Source: an uncultured Vicinamibacterales bacterium (GTDB taxonomy: Bacteria > Acidobacteriota > Vicinamibacteria > Vicinamibacterales > 2-12-FULL-66-21). Taken from it: DNA of 56,264 nucleotides. The notes below the pieces were generated by a model. The model was not told the origin of the DNA, made no database searches, and worked only from the letters and a program-made list of their open reading frames with translations. Shown piece after piece: positions 35,511 through 45,261 of the stretch. The stretch's first letter is position 1. Each line of letters opens with the position of its first letter. A program made the translations under genes and the position numbers. The stretch is from the NCBI GenBank assembly GCA_964476725.1, contig CAYZBZ010000003.1:1849-58112 (forward strand). Reading direction: 5' to 3'.

Positions 35511-36329
35511 ATGCCAACTGCCATGAACCCTTCAGCCATGACACCGGACCCCAATCCACGGAAGAGATCCTCAACGGCCGCGAAGCTTGTGCAGGCCGCC
35601 GCCCTTGCCGCGTTGCTGGTCCCCTTGGGATCGGTCGCGATAGAAGCAGGACCCATAACGTGTGGCTACAATGGTGCTAGTGGGTTCGGCGGGAGCGGGT
35701 CGACAGGGTGCTCAAACTCGACTGGGGCAAGCGACACGTTCACGTGGTTTGACGGGGGTACCGAGATCTATCGCTTCGAGTTGGCGTTCCAGGGTTTAGA
35801 CCCGTTTACCAGCTTCTCCGTCACAATCGACGACGTTGCCATGGATCTTACGGAGTTCAACACTCGCGCCGCTCTATTTCCAGGCTACGTCCCGATTCCA
35901 CTAGTCGATCCGGACGGTCCACTCGCCACGGCAGGACCGTATCGAGACTTCCAGGTCTTTGCACCTGGTCCCGGCCTATGGGATTCGTATACCTTCTTCA
36001 TCCATTGGACTTACGATTCTCATACCACTGGCTACGCCGCCACCGACGACACCATTGGCGTTCTTCACGACATCGGCAACCCCCTGAACGAAAACTATCT
36101 TCCTAATGGGAACCTCTACGACGAGGACATGTGTATCGAGTTCGACAACTGCGACTACGATGAAGACCCCGGAAACCGGGGCGGCGATACGGATTTCGCG
36201 TCTGTTACCAATACGATCGCACCGGTTCCCGAGCCTTCCAGCTTGATTTTGTTGGCAACTGGAGTGAGCGGAATCCTGTACCGAAGATGCCGTCGGAGAC
36301 AACAGTCTGAAGCGCCACCGCAGGCGTAG
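35511..36329 (+). CDS. PEP-CTERM sorting-domain secreted protein
   Basis: Start set to ATG 35511 (GAAGGAAAGAG upstream), with a signal peptide. The C-terminus VPEPSSLILLATGVSGILYRRCRRR is PEP + TM + Arg cluster. Confidence 0.85.
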   Translation: MPTAMNPSAMTPDPNPRKRSSTAAKLVQAAALAALLVPLGSVAIEAGPITCGYNGASGFGGSGSTGCSNSTGASDTFTWFDGGTEIYRFELAFQGLDPFTSFSVTIDDVAMDLTEFNTRAALFPGYVPIPLVDPDGPLATAGPYRDFQVFAPGPGLWDSYTFFIHWTYDSHTTGYAATDDTIGVLHDIGNPLNENYLPNGNLYDEDMCIEFDNCDYDEDPGNRGGDTDFASVTNTIAPVPEPSSLILLATGVSGILYRRCRRRQQSEAPPQA

Positions 36330-36346
36330 TCCTTCAGCGAGTGCCG

Positions 36347-36380
36347 AACGCCGGGTCGTCTCGACCCGGCGTTTTCGTCT
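36347..36380 (+). terminator. Rho-independent terminator after the PEP-CTERM gene
   Basis: aacgccgggtcg (36347-36358) and cgacccggcgtt (36362-36373) form a perfect 12-bp stem with a 3-nt loop, followed by ttcgtct. Confidence 0.8.
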
Positions 36381-36399
36381 CACCCCCCGCCGCGAACAT

Positions 36400-37603
36400 C
36401 TGGTCGAATCCCCGGACCGCGCCGTCGCAATTCTGCTCCTGGTGACAGGTGCGGTGCTGCGGGTCTGGCAGTACCTCGCCAACAATTCTCTCTTTATCGA
36501 CGAGGTCGCGCTCGCGCGGAATATCATCGACCGTCCGGTGACCGCGCTTTTCGCGAGTCTCGATTACGCCCAGTCAGCGCCGCCGGGATTCCTGCTGGTG
36601 CAGAAGGGCATGCGGTCGCGATTCTCATATTGCTCGCTTCGATCGAAATCCGCCGACGGGGCGTCACGCGCAAGAGAGCATGGCTGTTGGGCGCCTTGGG
36701 CGCTGTTAGCGTCTGGTTCTCCCAGCCGGCCGCCTTCGTGCTGGCCGGCATCGCAGCAGCCTTCGCTTTTCTTGTCTGGAGCGCGCGCGAGCGCGCCGCA
36801 GCCCGAATGCTGACGGCAACGTGGGTTCTGTGGGGGTTGAGCACGGCAGCTGCCGGGATGGTGGCGTTGCGAAGCGTCTCGGCAGGGGACCGGCGGTTCT
36901 TTCAGTGGATTTGGGCCGATGGATTCATGCCGATGCCGCCACAAAGCACGTCCGATCTGCTCTGGGTGTTCAAGAAGCTCACATGGGCTTTTGGAACGTT
37001 CGGATCGGGAATGGGCCAGCTGCACGGTGGGATCAACTACCGCTGGTCACCAGTCTTCATGATCGTCATGCTCGTCGGCTTGTGGGCGCTGTGGAAAAGC
37101 CGGCGTGGGCGTGATATCGCGCTATTCATCGTACTGCCGATCGGTATCACGGCGATCGCGTCCGCGTTGAAGGTGTATCCGTTTACCGGGCGTCTTTTGG
37201 TATTCCTGCTGCCAGGTCTCCTCCTGGCGACCGCCGCTGGCGCTAGTTTTCTTTTGTCTGCCTGGCCCCAGCGCCTCGGGTTCCTAATTCCTGCGGTGCT
37301 GGCGCTGCTCTGTGGCCCTCCGATCTATGCCGCGGCGACAACCCACCCGCCATACTGGTTGCAGCACGTGAGGCCAGTCATAGAGCGCGTCAACGTACGA
37401 CGCTCGCCCGACGACGCCATCTATGTGTATTACGGCGCAGTTCAGGCCTTTCATTACTACGCCAGCCGTTACCACGTGTCCAGGGACGACGTGCTGATGG
37501 GTCGGTGTCACTCCGGCAACCCCGTGAATATCTCCGAGAACTGGATTACCTGCGAGGGAAGAATCGCTTTGGGGTGGTCGTGACCTCGTCCTGGCGGGAG
37601 TGA
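36400..37603 (+). pseudogene. GT-C fold (GT39/ArnT/PMT-like) membrane glycosyltransferase with at least two frameshifts and no canonical start
   Basis: AVAILLLVTGAVLRVWQYLANNSLFIDEVALARNI ... SAPPGFLLVQKG (frame of 36442), then AVAILILLASIEIRRRG ... multi-TM body (frame of 36630), then after CHSGNP a third frame gives REYLRELDYLRGKNRFGVVVTSSWRE-stop (37601-37603). The shifts sit at ggcatgcgg (about 36607) and aaccccgtg (about 37515). The only in-frame starts after the terminator are CTG 36400 and GTG 36442. Confidence 0.65.
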
Positions 37604-37731
37604 TCGTCAGCGATCGGCTGCCGTGTCATCGAGCACGTTCCCAATCGCGCCGAGCCGAGCAACTGATCCTCCAGGTCCCTGGGCATGCTACGGTGTTTTT
37701 AACCCCGAGCCGAAGAGGCATTGATTCTCGG

Positions 37732-40700
37732 TTACACCCCCTTCGACCACTTGACCGCCTCGGCGTGCATCGCCGCCAGATCGGCACGCTTGAGCACGTT
37801 CTCGTTCCCGCCGTCATTCTTGACCTCCTCGAGCAGGCGCAGCGCCGCCAGGTACTCGCGCCGCGCAAGCTGGTCTCCTTTGGCGCGGAGCACAGCGGCC
37901 TTCACGTAGTGCGCTTTCGCGAGCGGAATCTTGAGTCCGAGTCCTTCCGCTCTGCTGATGGCCCGCTCTGCCTCCCGCAGCGCATCCGCAGCGTCACCAA
38001 GCTCGCGCAACGTCTCCGCGCGGCGCACCGCGCACTCTACTGAGAGCGACTTCAGTCCGCGTGTGTCGGCTTCCTGTGCAAGGTCGCCGAGCCTTGTCGC
38101 CAGCGCTTTCGTCGGCTCGACGGCGCTCGCGATCATGGCCAGGTCGGCCTGCGCCAGGAGCGTCAGGCTGCGATCGGATGCACCCTGGGCGGCCTGCGCG
38201 ACCTGCTTGGCTATTCCAGAAGCGCCTTTGATATCACCGCTGTAGTACAGGCGATCAGCCTCAAACCTCAATGTCTGTGTGGCGAGGTTCACGTTCTTCC
38301 ACTCGCCCGCGAGCTTGAGCGCTTCGTCCAGGGGAGCTTTCGCGTCGCTGGTGCGCCCGCTGAGGCTGAGACTGTTCCCGTACCCGCTCAGGATCTCGGC
38401 GAGCCAGACGTCGCGTTGATTGAGTTCGCGAAACACCTTCAATGCCTCTTCTTTCGATTTCACCGCCGACCCGTGTTTCCCCTGGTAATCGAAGATGGTG
38501 CCTATGCCGTACGAGGCGATGGCGGCAGTGCGCCGGTCGCCCGCGCTCCGGCGAAGATCGAGCGCGCGATGGTACTGCTGCAGGGCCTGATCGTACCGTC
38601 CCATCCTCGTGAACGCATCGCCGAGGTTGGCCAGGGTGTCGGCCGCCTCCAGAGGAGCCTTCGCCTTTTCTCTGATCTCGAGCGCGCGTTCGAAATACGT
38701 CTGAGCGTCTGAATACTGGCCCTGGGCCAGGTAGACCGCTCCGAGGTTGTTGAGCGCCCGGGCTTCCAGATTGCGGTCGCCCGTGTCCCGCGTAATCGTC
38801 AATGCTTCCTGCAACAGCGGGAGCGCTTCTTTCGACCGGCCGAACGTGTCGTCCAGAAGCGTCGACAGATCCATGAGCGTGAGGCTCAGGCCCCCCCTGT
38901 CGCCAATCTCCCGGCGAAGTTTCAGGGCTGCCCGGTAACTCTTTTCGGCTTCCGCCGGTTTGCCCAGGGTCTTCTGCACCTCTCCAATCTGGACGTAACT
39001 CGCGGCCATTCCGCGCTTGTTGCCGAGTCGCTGCTTGACCTTGAGTGATTCTTCGTACCGGCTGAGCGCTTCGGTCGGACGATTCAGCCGCATGTAGGCG
39101 ATCCCTATCGCCTGTTGGATGTTGGCGCGCGCTTCGTCGTTCTCGAGCTGCGTCGCCAGGCTCAACGCTTTGTCCAGATGCTCGAGCGAGGGCTGCGGGT
39201 TGCCTTGTTTGATCTCGACACGGCCCAGCGCCAGCAGTCCTTCGACGAACTTGGGGTAGAGCTCCACGACCTTGGCAAAGTGCTCCCTGGCTTGATCGAG
39301 CGCGCCGCTGTTCTCGTGGAGCCCGCCCAAATCGAATCGGATCATCGCGTCGGCCGGCGACGCCTTCACCAGGTTCTCGTAAGACTCGATCGCCTTCTCG
39401 GTGTCGTTCACGATTCCGTAGTGGGTGGCCGCGATGCGGTACTTTTCCTGTGGCGGCAGCGCGTCGCTCAGGCCCATCGCCTGTCGAGAAGCCCGCGCGG
39501 CTTCGTTGTCGTAGCCCAGGGTTGAGTACGCCTGGGCAAGCCCCGAAAAGGCCAGCGCGAAGTTCGGATCTTCTTTCGTGGCGGCTTCGAAGCTCTTCAG
39601 CGCCGCCTGATGGGAGCCCTGCTGAGTGAGCCGCACCCCATCGCTGTAGAAACGGAGCGCCTCGAACGAGTTGGTCGACGGCTTCCACGACGTCGATTTG
39701 AGCTCCGCTAGAATGTCGGCCGATCCGCGGGCCAGGTGCTGCCGCACCGAATCGGCCAGCCGCGGAATCGCGCTCAGCAGGCCGTCCACGTTCGGCGCCG
39801 TTTCATTCAGCAAGAACGTCTGAGCGCCGTCGAGATCTTGCAGCGTGGCGTCAATCCGAATCGTGTTGCCAAAGCGCGTGATCGAGCCCCACAGGACGCG
39901 CCGGGCGCTGGTGAAATCGGCGACGCTGGCCAGTTGTGTCGGCGTAAGCGTTGCGTTCGAATCGATCTGGAGATCCCGCAGCACCTGGTGCAGCCGGTCG
40001 GATGGAACGGTCCGGACGTGCGACGACTGGCCCAGCGTGGTACTCAGCACCTGACTCACGCTCGGTCCCAGAGAATCCAGCGTCGGATCCCCGGACGCAT
40101 TCCTGAACGGCAGCACCGCAACCGACAGCTCGGGCGCCGGAGGAGACACCGTGCTGGTGCCTGTTTTCGCCGCTCCAAACCGATCCTTGAGCGCAAAGCC
40201 CAGTGCGCCAAGCATCAGCACCAGCGCGGCGGCGCCGATGAGCAGAACCGCCGGACCGCGGCTCGTGAGCAGGCCGCGCCAGCCCCGCCTAAGCGGCTCA
40301 ATCGCTGGCGCCCCCCCCGCCGCAACCCGGTCGATATCCCGAACCAGCTCGCTGGCCGTCTGGTAACGCTCCGTGGGATCCGGCTGCAGGCACCGCGTGA
40401 CCAGCGACTCAATTGCCTCAGGGATGCTGGGATCGATCGAACGCAGGCCCGCCGGCGGCTGCTGCATCCGGCCCATCAGCTCCGTAACGCCTGACGTCAC
40501 GCCCGCGTGCCGTCCGCCGAGCAGCATGTCCCGCAGAATCAGTCCGAACGCATAGAGGTCGGCCCGTTGATCGACCGTTTCCGCTTTGGCCTGCTCGGGC
40601 GCCATGTACTCGACGGTGCCGATGACCTGGGCGCCAACCGTCATGGCAAACGCCGTCGCGCCGGAGGTCGACCGCGCGATCCCGAAATCCATGATCACCG

Positions 40701-41490
40701 CGTGATCGGACTCGTCCACCATGATGTTGGCGGGCTTCAGATCCCTGTGCACGACGCCCGCGTCGTGCGCGGCGATGAGGCCGACCGCCACCTGCCTCGC
40801 GATCGACAGCGCCCGATCGACCGGCAGCCGCCCCTCGCGCTTCAGGATGGTCGCGAGATCCGACCCGTGGATGTAAGGCATCGTGATGTACTTGATGCCG
40901 TTGATCTCGCCGATGTCGTGGATCCGGACGACGTGCTTGTCAGTGACCTGGCGGGCAAGCAGCAACTCCCGCTTGAACCGGCGCTCGAGATCCTGCGCCA
41001 TCACAGGGTCCGCGGTGACGTCCGGCCTGATCACTTTGACGGCAACCGCGACCTCGAGCTCCTGATCCCAGGCCTGGTACACCGACCCCATCCCCCCTAC
41101 ACCGAGCAGTCGGATGATGTGGTAACGGGGCCCGAAGTTCTGGCCGACCGTGAGGGGACCGGTCGAGGGGGGCGGCTTACGGCCGGCACCGCCCGGTATT
41201 CCCGTCGAGTTGGCTGGAGTAGACGGGCGGTCGGTCCAGCCCGGGGAAGCCAGATGCGTGGCATCCGAATCGGACGGCGCAGGCAGGCCCGTGTCCTCGG
41301 AATCGGACTGGCCGGGAGGCGTGGGCGTCAGCAGGCTCGTCGCGACGGTCGCCTGAGGCGGCGATTTGCGGCCGCAAACCGGGCAGCGTCCCGCGAGCGC
41401 CGGTGCGGAACTACCGCACTGGGGACAATTCATAGAGCATTGGACGTTCTGGTCGGTGCCCATTATCCCCCAACCGGGCAGCCGGGCCAA
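37732..41490 (-). CDS. Giant Ser/Thr protein kinase: zinc ribbon - kinase - TM - TolB-N-like domain - long TPR array
   Basis: CPQCGSSAPALAGRCPVCG; kinase strings GVGGMGSVYQA, VAVKVI, HRDLKPANIMV, DFGIAR and GTVEYMAPEQ. TM AVLLIGAAALVLMLGALGFAL, then LSVAVLPFRNASGDP, then about 600 aa of TPRs. The true start may be the internal ATG at 41463. Confidence 0.9.
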   Translation of the reverse strand: MARLPGWGIMGTDQNVQCSMNCPQCGSSAPALAGRCPVCGRKSPPQATVATSLLTPTPPGQSDSEDTGLPAPSDSDATHLASPGWTDRPSTPANSTGIPGGAGRKPPPSTGPLTVGQNFGPRYHIIRLLGVGGMGSVYQAWDQELEVAVAVKVIRPDVTADPVMAQDLERRFKRELLLARQVTDKHVVRIHDIGEINGIKYITMPYIHGSDLATILKREGRLPVDRALSIARQVAVGLIAAHDAGVVHRDLKPANIMVDESDHAVIMDFGIARSTSGATAFAMTVGAQVIGTVEYMAPEQAKAETVDQRADLYAFGLILRDMLLGGRHAGVTSGVTELMGRMQQPPAGLRSIDPSIPEAIESLVTRCLQPDPTERYQTASELVRDIDRVAAGGAPAIEPLRRGWRGLLTSRGPAVLLIGAAALVLMLGALGFALKDRFGAAKTGTSTVSPPAPELSVAVLPFRNASGDPTLDSLGPSVSQVLSTTLGQSSHVRTVPSDRLHQVLRDLQIDSNATLTPTQLASVADFTSARRVLWGSITRFGNTIRIDATLQDLDGAQTFLLNETAPNVDGLLSAIPRLADSVRQHLARGSADILAELKSTSWKPSTNSFEALRFYSDGVRLTQQGSHQAALKSFEAATKEDPNFALAFSGLAQAYSTLGYDNEAARASRQAMGLSDALPPQEKYRIAATHYGIVNDTEKAIESYENLVKASPADAMIRFDLGGLHENSGALDQAREHFAKVVELYPKFVEGLLALGRVEIKQGNPQPSLEHLDKALSLATQLENDEARANIQQAIGIAYMRLNRPTEALSRYEESLKVKQRLGNKRGMAASYVQIGEVQKTLGKPAEAEKSYRAALKLRREIGDRGGLSLTLMDLSTLLDDTFGRSKEALPLLQEALTITRDTGDRNLEARALNNLGAVYLAQGQYSDAQTYFERALEIREKAKAPLEAADTLANLGDAFTRMGRYDQALQQYHRALDLRRSAGDRRTAAIASYGIGTIFDYQGKHGSAVKSKEEALKVFRELNQRDVWLAEILSGYGNSLSLSGRTSDAKAPLDEALKLAGEWKNVNLATQTLRFEADRLYYSGDIKGASGIAKQVAQAAQGASDRSLTLLAQADLAMIASAVEPTKALATRLGDLAQEADTRGLKSLSVECAVRRAETLRELGDAADALREAERAISRAEGLGLKIPLAKAHYVKAAVLRAKGDQLARREYLAALRLLEEVKNDGGNENVLKRADLAAMHAEAVKWSKGV

Positions 41491-41584
41491 TCCAGAAAAC
41501 TGGACGAGTCGCCCCCGCCGTCACGCCGTGATCTACAACTCCCACGGAACCATCATCGACGTCGTCGTCCTCTTCTAGCAGGTT

Positions 41585-44155
41585 TCAACGTGCGGCGGGA
41601 GACCCGGCGCTCCCCCGCAGCTCTCTGAGCAGCTTCTTCAAGTGCCGTCGCAGCGCCGTCATCCCTTCCGCCAGTCGTGCAGACGCGTTTTCGAATTGCC
41701 CCATCTCGCCGTGGCGCGCAGCCCGTTCGAGCTCGGCGGCCGCCTCATAGGCGCCCGCTTTCATGAAAAGGCCGACGGTGCCTTTCAGCGCGTGTGCCGC
41801 GGAGGCGACCGCCGCGGTATCGCCGGCCGTCACCGCCCGATGGATTTCCCGCTCCGTCGCAGGTGAGTCGAACAGGACCATGTCGATGACCTCACCGAGC
41901 AGCGCCGGGTCGTTACCGAAGTTCGACAGCAGCGCGGATGTTGCGGCAGAGGGTTTCCTGGGAAGCCGCGGGGCCGGCGCAGCGGATGCACCGCTCATGA
42001 CGTCGATCGAGGCGAGCAACTCCTCGAGCCGAATCGGCTTCGACACGTAGCCGTCCATGCCGGCCTGCAGGCACGTCTCCCGATCGCCTGCCATGGCATG
42101 GGCCGTCATCGCCATGATCGGGACGTGCCGTCCTGGCGCGGCCGACTCCTGGGCCCGGATGGCAGCAGTCGCCTCCAGTCCGCTCATCAGCGGCATCTGC
42201 ACGTCCATGAGAATCAGATCGAAGGCCCCTCGGGCCGCCTTCGCGACCGCTTCCTGTCCGTTGTTCGCAAGCGTCACCGTGTGCCCTTGACGTTTCAACA
42301 GTGCCAGCACCAGCTTCTGATTGGCCGGGTTGTCCTCCGCTACCAGAATTCGCAGCCGCCGCCGGTTGACCGGGTGATCGTCCACGATCAATACGCGGAG
42401 ATTCTGCAGGTCCGCGGACAACGCCGGTTCGCGCTCCGGCGGTTGCACGCCGACTCGGGCAACGAAGTGGAATCGGCTGCCGCGGCCGGCCTCACTTTCC
42501 AGCCAGACGCGGCCGCCCATTAATTCCACCAGTTGCGCCGAAATCGTCAGGCCGAGACCGCTGCCGCCATACCGGCGCGTCGTGGACGCGTCGGCCTGCA
42601 CGAACGCGCCGAAGATCTGCCACTGCTTTTCGGCAGGAATGCCGATGCCCGTGTCGGACACGGTGAAATGCAGGGCGGCGGCGCTGCCACGCGCCTCCTG
42701 GACTTCGACCGTCACGACGACCTCGCCATGCTCGGTGAATTTGATGGCGTTGCCGACCAGATTGAGGAGCACCTGGCGAAGGCGCCCCGGATCGCTGACG
42801 ACCGTCTCGGGCACATCCGGCTGGATATGACACGCCAGCTCGAGGCCTTTTTCATGCGCGCGCGGGGCCAGCAGGCGGACCGCCTCTTCCACGGTTTCGC
42901 GCAAATCGAACGTCACCCGTTCGAGCGACAGCCGCCGCGCCTCGATCTTGGAGAAGTCGAGAATGTCGTTGATGAGGGTGAGCAACGCTTCGGCTGAGTG
43001 TTGAACCGATCTGAGATATTCGCGCTGGCGGACCGTCAACTTCGTCCGAAGCGCCAGTTCCGTCATGCCGATGATGCCGTTCATCGGCGTGCGGATTTCA
43101 TGGCTCATGTTTGCCAGGAACTCTCCCTTGGCGGCTGTGGCTTCTTCGGCGACGCGCTTGGCCACTTCGAGCTCGCGCACGAGTTGCGCCAGCCGTTCGG
43201 CGTTGTCCTGCTGCTCGCGCCTGGCCGCTTCCATTTCCTGGCCGTGCCGCTTCAGCGCATCCTCGGTGCGCTTACGTTCAGTAATGTCGCGGGCATCCGC
43301 GTAGATCGATCCCAGCTCGGAGAACGGCGCTGCATTCCAGAGCAGCCATTTGTACGAGCCGTCACGCGCGCGGTATCGGTTCTCGAAGTCGCTGATGCGG
43401 ACGCCGGTCTTCAGCGCCGACATGGCCGCGATCGTAGACTCGCGATCGTCGGGATGGACGAAATCGAGGAACGGGCGGGCCACCAGCTCCTCGCTCGAGT
43501 AACCGAGCGTGCGCTGCCAGGCGGGATTCACGCGCGTGAAGTACCCGTCGAACGTCGCGATGCATTGGAGATCGAGCGAGATGGTGAAGAACCGGTCGAG
43601 CTCTTCTTCGGCGCGCTTGCGGTCGACGAACAGGCCAATCTGGCTGCCGACGGCGCCAAGCATACCGAGCAGATCCGTGTCCGGCTGACGCACCTCGCGC
43701 GCGAAGAACTCCATGACAGCCAGCACGGTGCTGCCGCGCAGAATCGGAAATCCGAACGCACCATGCAGGCCCGCCCGCTCGGCCGCCGGCGCCCGCGGGA
43801 AGTTTGGATCGTGAACGACGTCGGGAATCCAGGCTGGCTGTGCTGTGCTCCAGACGCGTCCCGGCAGTCCAATGCCCGGGCCGAACACCCGTGTACTGGT
43901 GATCGATTCGAATTCGTCCATGGAGATGGAAGCCGAGTGCCACGTTCCGACGCACTGCAGGACGCCAGCCACCGGATCGATCCGCCATAAGGCGCCGAAT
44001 TCCCATCCCAGGGTTTCGCAGATGGCCCTGAGCATCCGCGGGGTGGCATCGGCCAGCGTGGCTGATTCCGCGAGGGCGCAGGCGGTCTCCGACACCAGGA
44101 CCCACTGCTGTGCCGGCATTCGCATGCCCGGAGGCCGGTCATCCGACGCTGTCAC
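41585..44155 (-). CDS. Hybrid sensor histidine kinase: GAF - PAS - HisKA - HATPase_c - REC - HPt
   Basis: H-box [13 protein letters not shown]; [16 protein letters not shown] and [25 protein letters not shown] ... [14 protein letters not shown] ... YVSKP. HPt [11 protein letters not shown]. The N-terminus has a GAF domain (GLPGRVW) and a PAS domain. Confidence 0.9.
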   Translation of the reverse strand: MTASDDRPPGMRMPAQQWVLVSETACALAESATLADATPRMLRAICETLGWEFGALWRIDPVAGVLQCVGTWHSASISMDEFESITSTRVFGPGIGLPGRVWSTAQPAWIPDVVHDPNFPRAPAAERAGLHGAFGFPILRGSTVLAVMEFFAREVRQPDTDLLGMLGAVGSQIGLFVDRKRAEEELDRFFTISLDLQCIATFDGYFTRVNPAWQRTLGYSSEELVARPFLDFVHPDDRESTIAAMSALKTGVRISDFENRYRARDGSYKWLLWNAAPFSELGSIYADARDITERKRTEDALKRHGQEMEAARREQQDNAERLAQLVRELEVAKRVAEEATAAKGEFLANMSHEIRTPMNGIIGMTELALRTKLTVRQREYLRSVQHSAEALLTLINDILDFSKIEARRLSLERVTFDLRETVEEAVRLLAPRAHEKGLELACHIQPDVPETVVSDPGRLRQVLLNLVGNAIKFTEHGEVVVTVEVQEARGSAAALHFTVSDTGIGIPAEKQWQIFGAFVQADASTTRRYGGSGLGLTISAQLVELMGGRVWLESEAGRGSRFHFVARVGVQPPEREPALSADLQNLRVLIVDDHPVNRRRLRILVAEDNPANQKLVLALLKRQGHTVTLANNGQEAVAKAARGAFDLILMDVQMPLMSGLEATAAIRAQESAAPGRHVPIMAMTAHAMAGDRETCLQAGMDGYVSKPIRLEELLASIDVMSGASAAPAPRLPRKPSAATSALLSNFGNDPALLGEVIDMVLFDSPATEREIHRAVTAGDTAAVASAAHALKGTVGLFMKAGAYEAAAELERAARHGEMGQFENASARLAEGMTALRRHLKKLLRELRGSAGSPAAR

Positions 44156-44247
44156 ACCTGCACCTCCCGGTTGAGGCTGCCCAGTATGACAGCTTGCCGG
44201 GCGAAGGAATAAAGAGCATCCTTGAGCGCTTCATCTCGGAGGCGTCC

Positions 44248-45099
44248 ATGAGTCCAACCTCCAGTTCCCGCATTCTCATCGTTGACGACGATCGCGCGCT
44301 GCGGCACGCGGTCAGCTCGTTGCTCGAACGCAACGGCCACACGGTACTGCAGGCCGGCGACGGCCCCGCCGCGCTGGCCCACCTCGCACGGACGGACGTC
44401 CAACTCATGCTGCTGGATATGGGCCTACCCGGCATGACCGGCCTCGATCTGCTCTCGCGGGTGCGCGCAGGCGATCGGCAGCCCATCGTCGTCGTCATCA
44501 CGGCGGACGACACACCGGAGACGTTGCTGGCGGCCATCCGCGGGCAGGCGTATCGCTACGTCACGAAGCCGGTGTCGCCTGCAGCGATCGTGGAGGTCGT
44601 GGGAGAGGCGCTCGATGCGTCGAGCAACGCGACCCTCCCCATCGAGGTGATCTCGGCTCGCCCCGAGTGGGTGGAGATCGTCGCCCCTTGTGTGATCCAG
44701 ATGGCCGATCGGCTGCAATCGTTCATCATGCAGCTCGAGATGGACCTCCCGGCGGACGTCAGGGAGTCCGTCGCGCAGGCGTTCCGCGAGTTGCTCTGCA
44801 ACGCGATTGAATGGGGAGGCAAGCTCGACCCGAATCGCACCGTGCGGATTTCCTGCATCCGAGCGCGTCGCATGCTCCTGTACCGGATTCTCGATCCGGG
44901 CGAGGGATTCAACATCGAGAACCTCGCGCATGCGGCGATCGGTAACAGCCCGGACGATCCGATCGCCCACGCGATCGTACGCGAGGAGAAGGGCATTCGT
45001 CCGGGCGGCCTCGGCCTTCTCATGACGCGTGCGCTCGTGGACGAACTCATCTACAACGAGGCTCGGAACGAAGTGGTGTTCATCAAGTACCTTGACTGA
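44248..45099 (+). CDS. Response-regulator receiver fused to an RsbW/SpoIIAB-like HATPase_c domain
   Basis: Start set to ATG 44248. ILIVDDDRALRH ... LMLLDMGLPGMTG ... YVTKP form the REC. The C-terminus has ELLCNAIEWGG, LDPGEGF and RPGGLGLLMTRALVDEL (GHKL ATPase N and G boxes). Confidence 0.8.
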   Translation: MSPTSSSRILIVDDDRALRHAVSSLLERNGHTVLQAGDGPAALAHLARTDVQLMLLDMGLPGMTGLDLLSRVRAGDRQPIVVVITADDTPETLLAAIRGQAYRYVTKPVSPAAIVEVVGEALDASSNATLPIEVISARPEWVEIVAPCVIQMADRLQSFIMQLEMDLPADVRESVAQAFRELLCNAIEWGGKLDPNRTVRISCIRARRMLLYRILDPGEGFNIENLAHAAIGNSPDDPIAHAIVREEKGIRPGGLGLLMTRALVDELIYNEARNEVVFIKYLD

Positions 45100-45113
45100 C
45101 GTCAGCGCGGTGT

Positions 45114-45260
45114 CTAATCAGGTATGTCGTGACTATTTCTTCCAGCGTCGTTGATGCCGCGAAACCCGGTTTCGTCATCGCCGATAACCTTGTTGAGGGC
45201 GTAGTTCATGCCGACGGCCTCGGGCGGGGTCGCGTAGTGGAAGTTGAAGAACGCGTTTTC
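45114..45260 (-). pseudogene. Short orphan fragment resembling an internal segment of a GH5-like (cellulase-family) hydrolase
   Basis: FFNFHYATPPEAVGMNYALNKVIGDDETGFRG is read on the minus strand just downstream of the DUF2911 stop. I recall the FNFHYA.PP..V..NY.L.K.IG..ETGF.G block from PVC/Acidobacteria GH5-like proteins. Only about 40 aa survive, and there is no start. Confidence 0.3.
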
Positions 45261-45261
45261 C

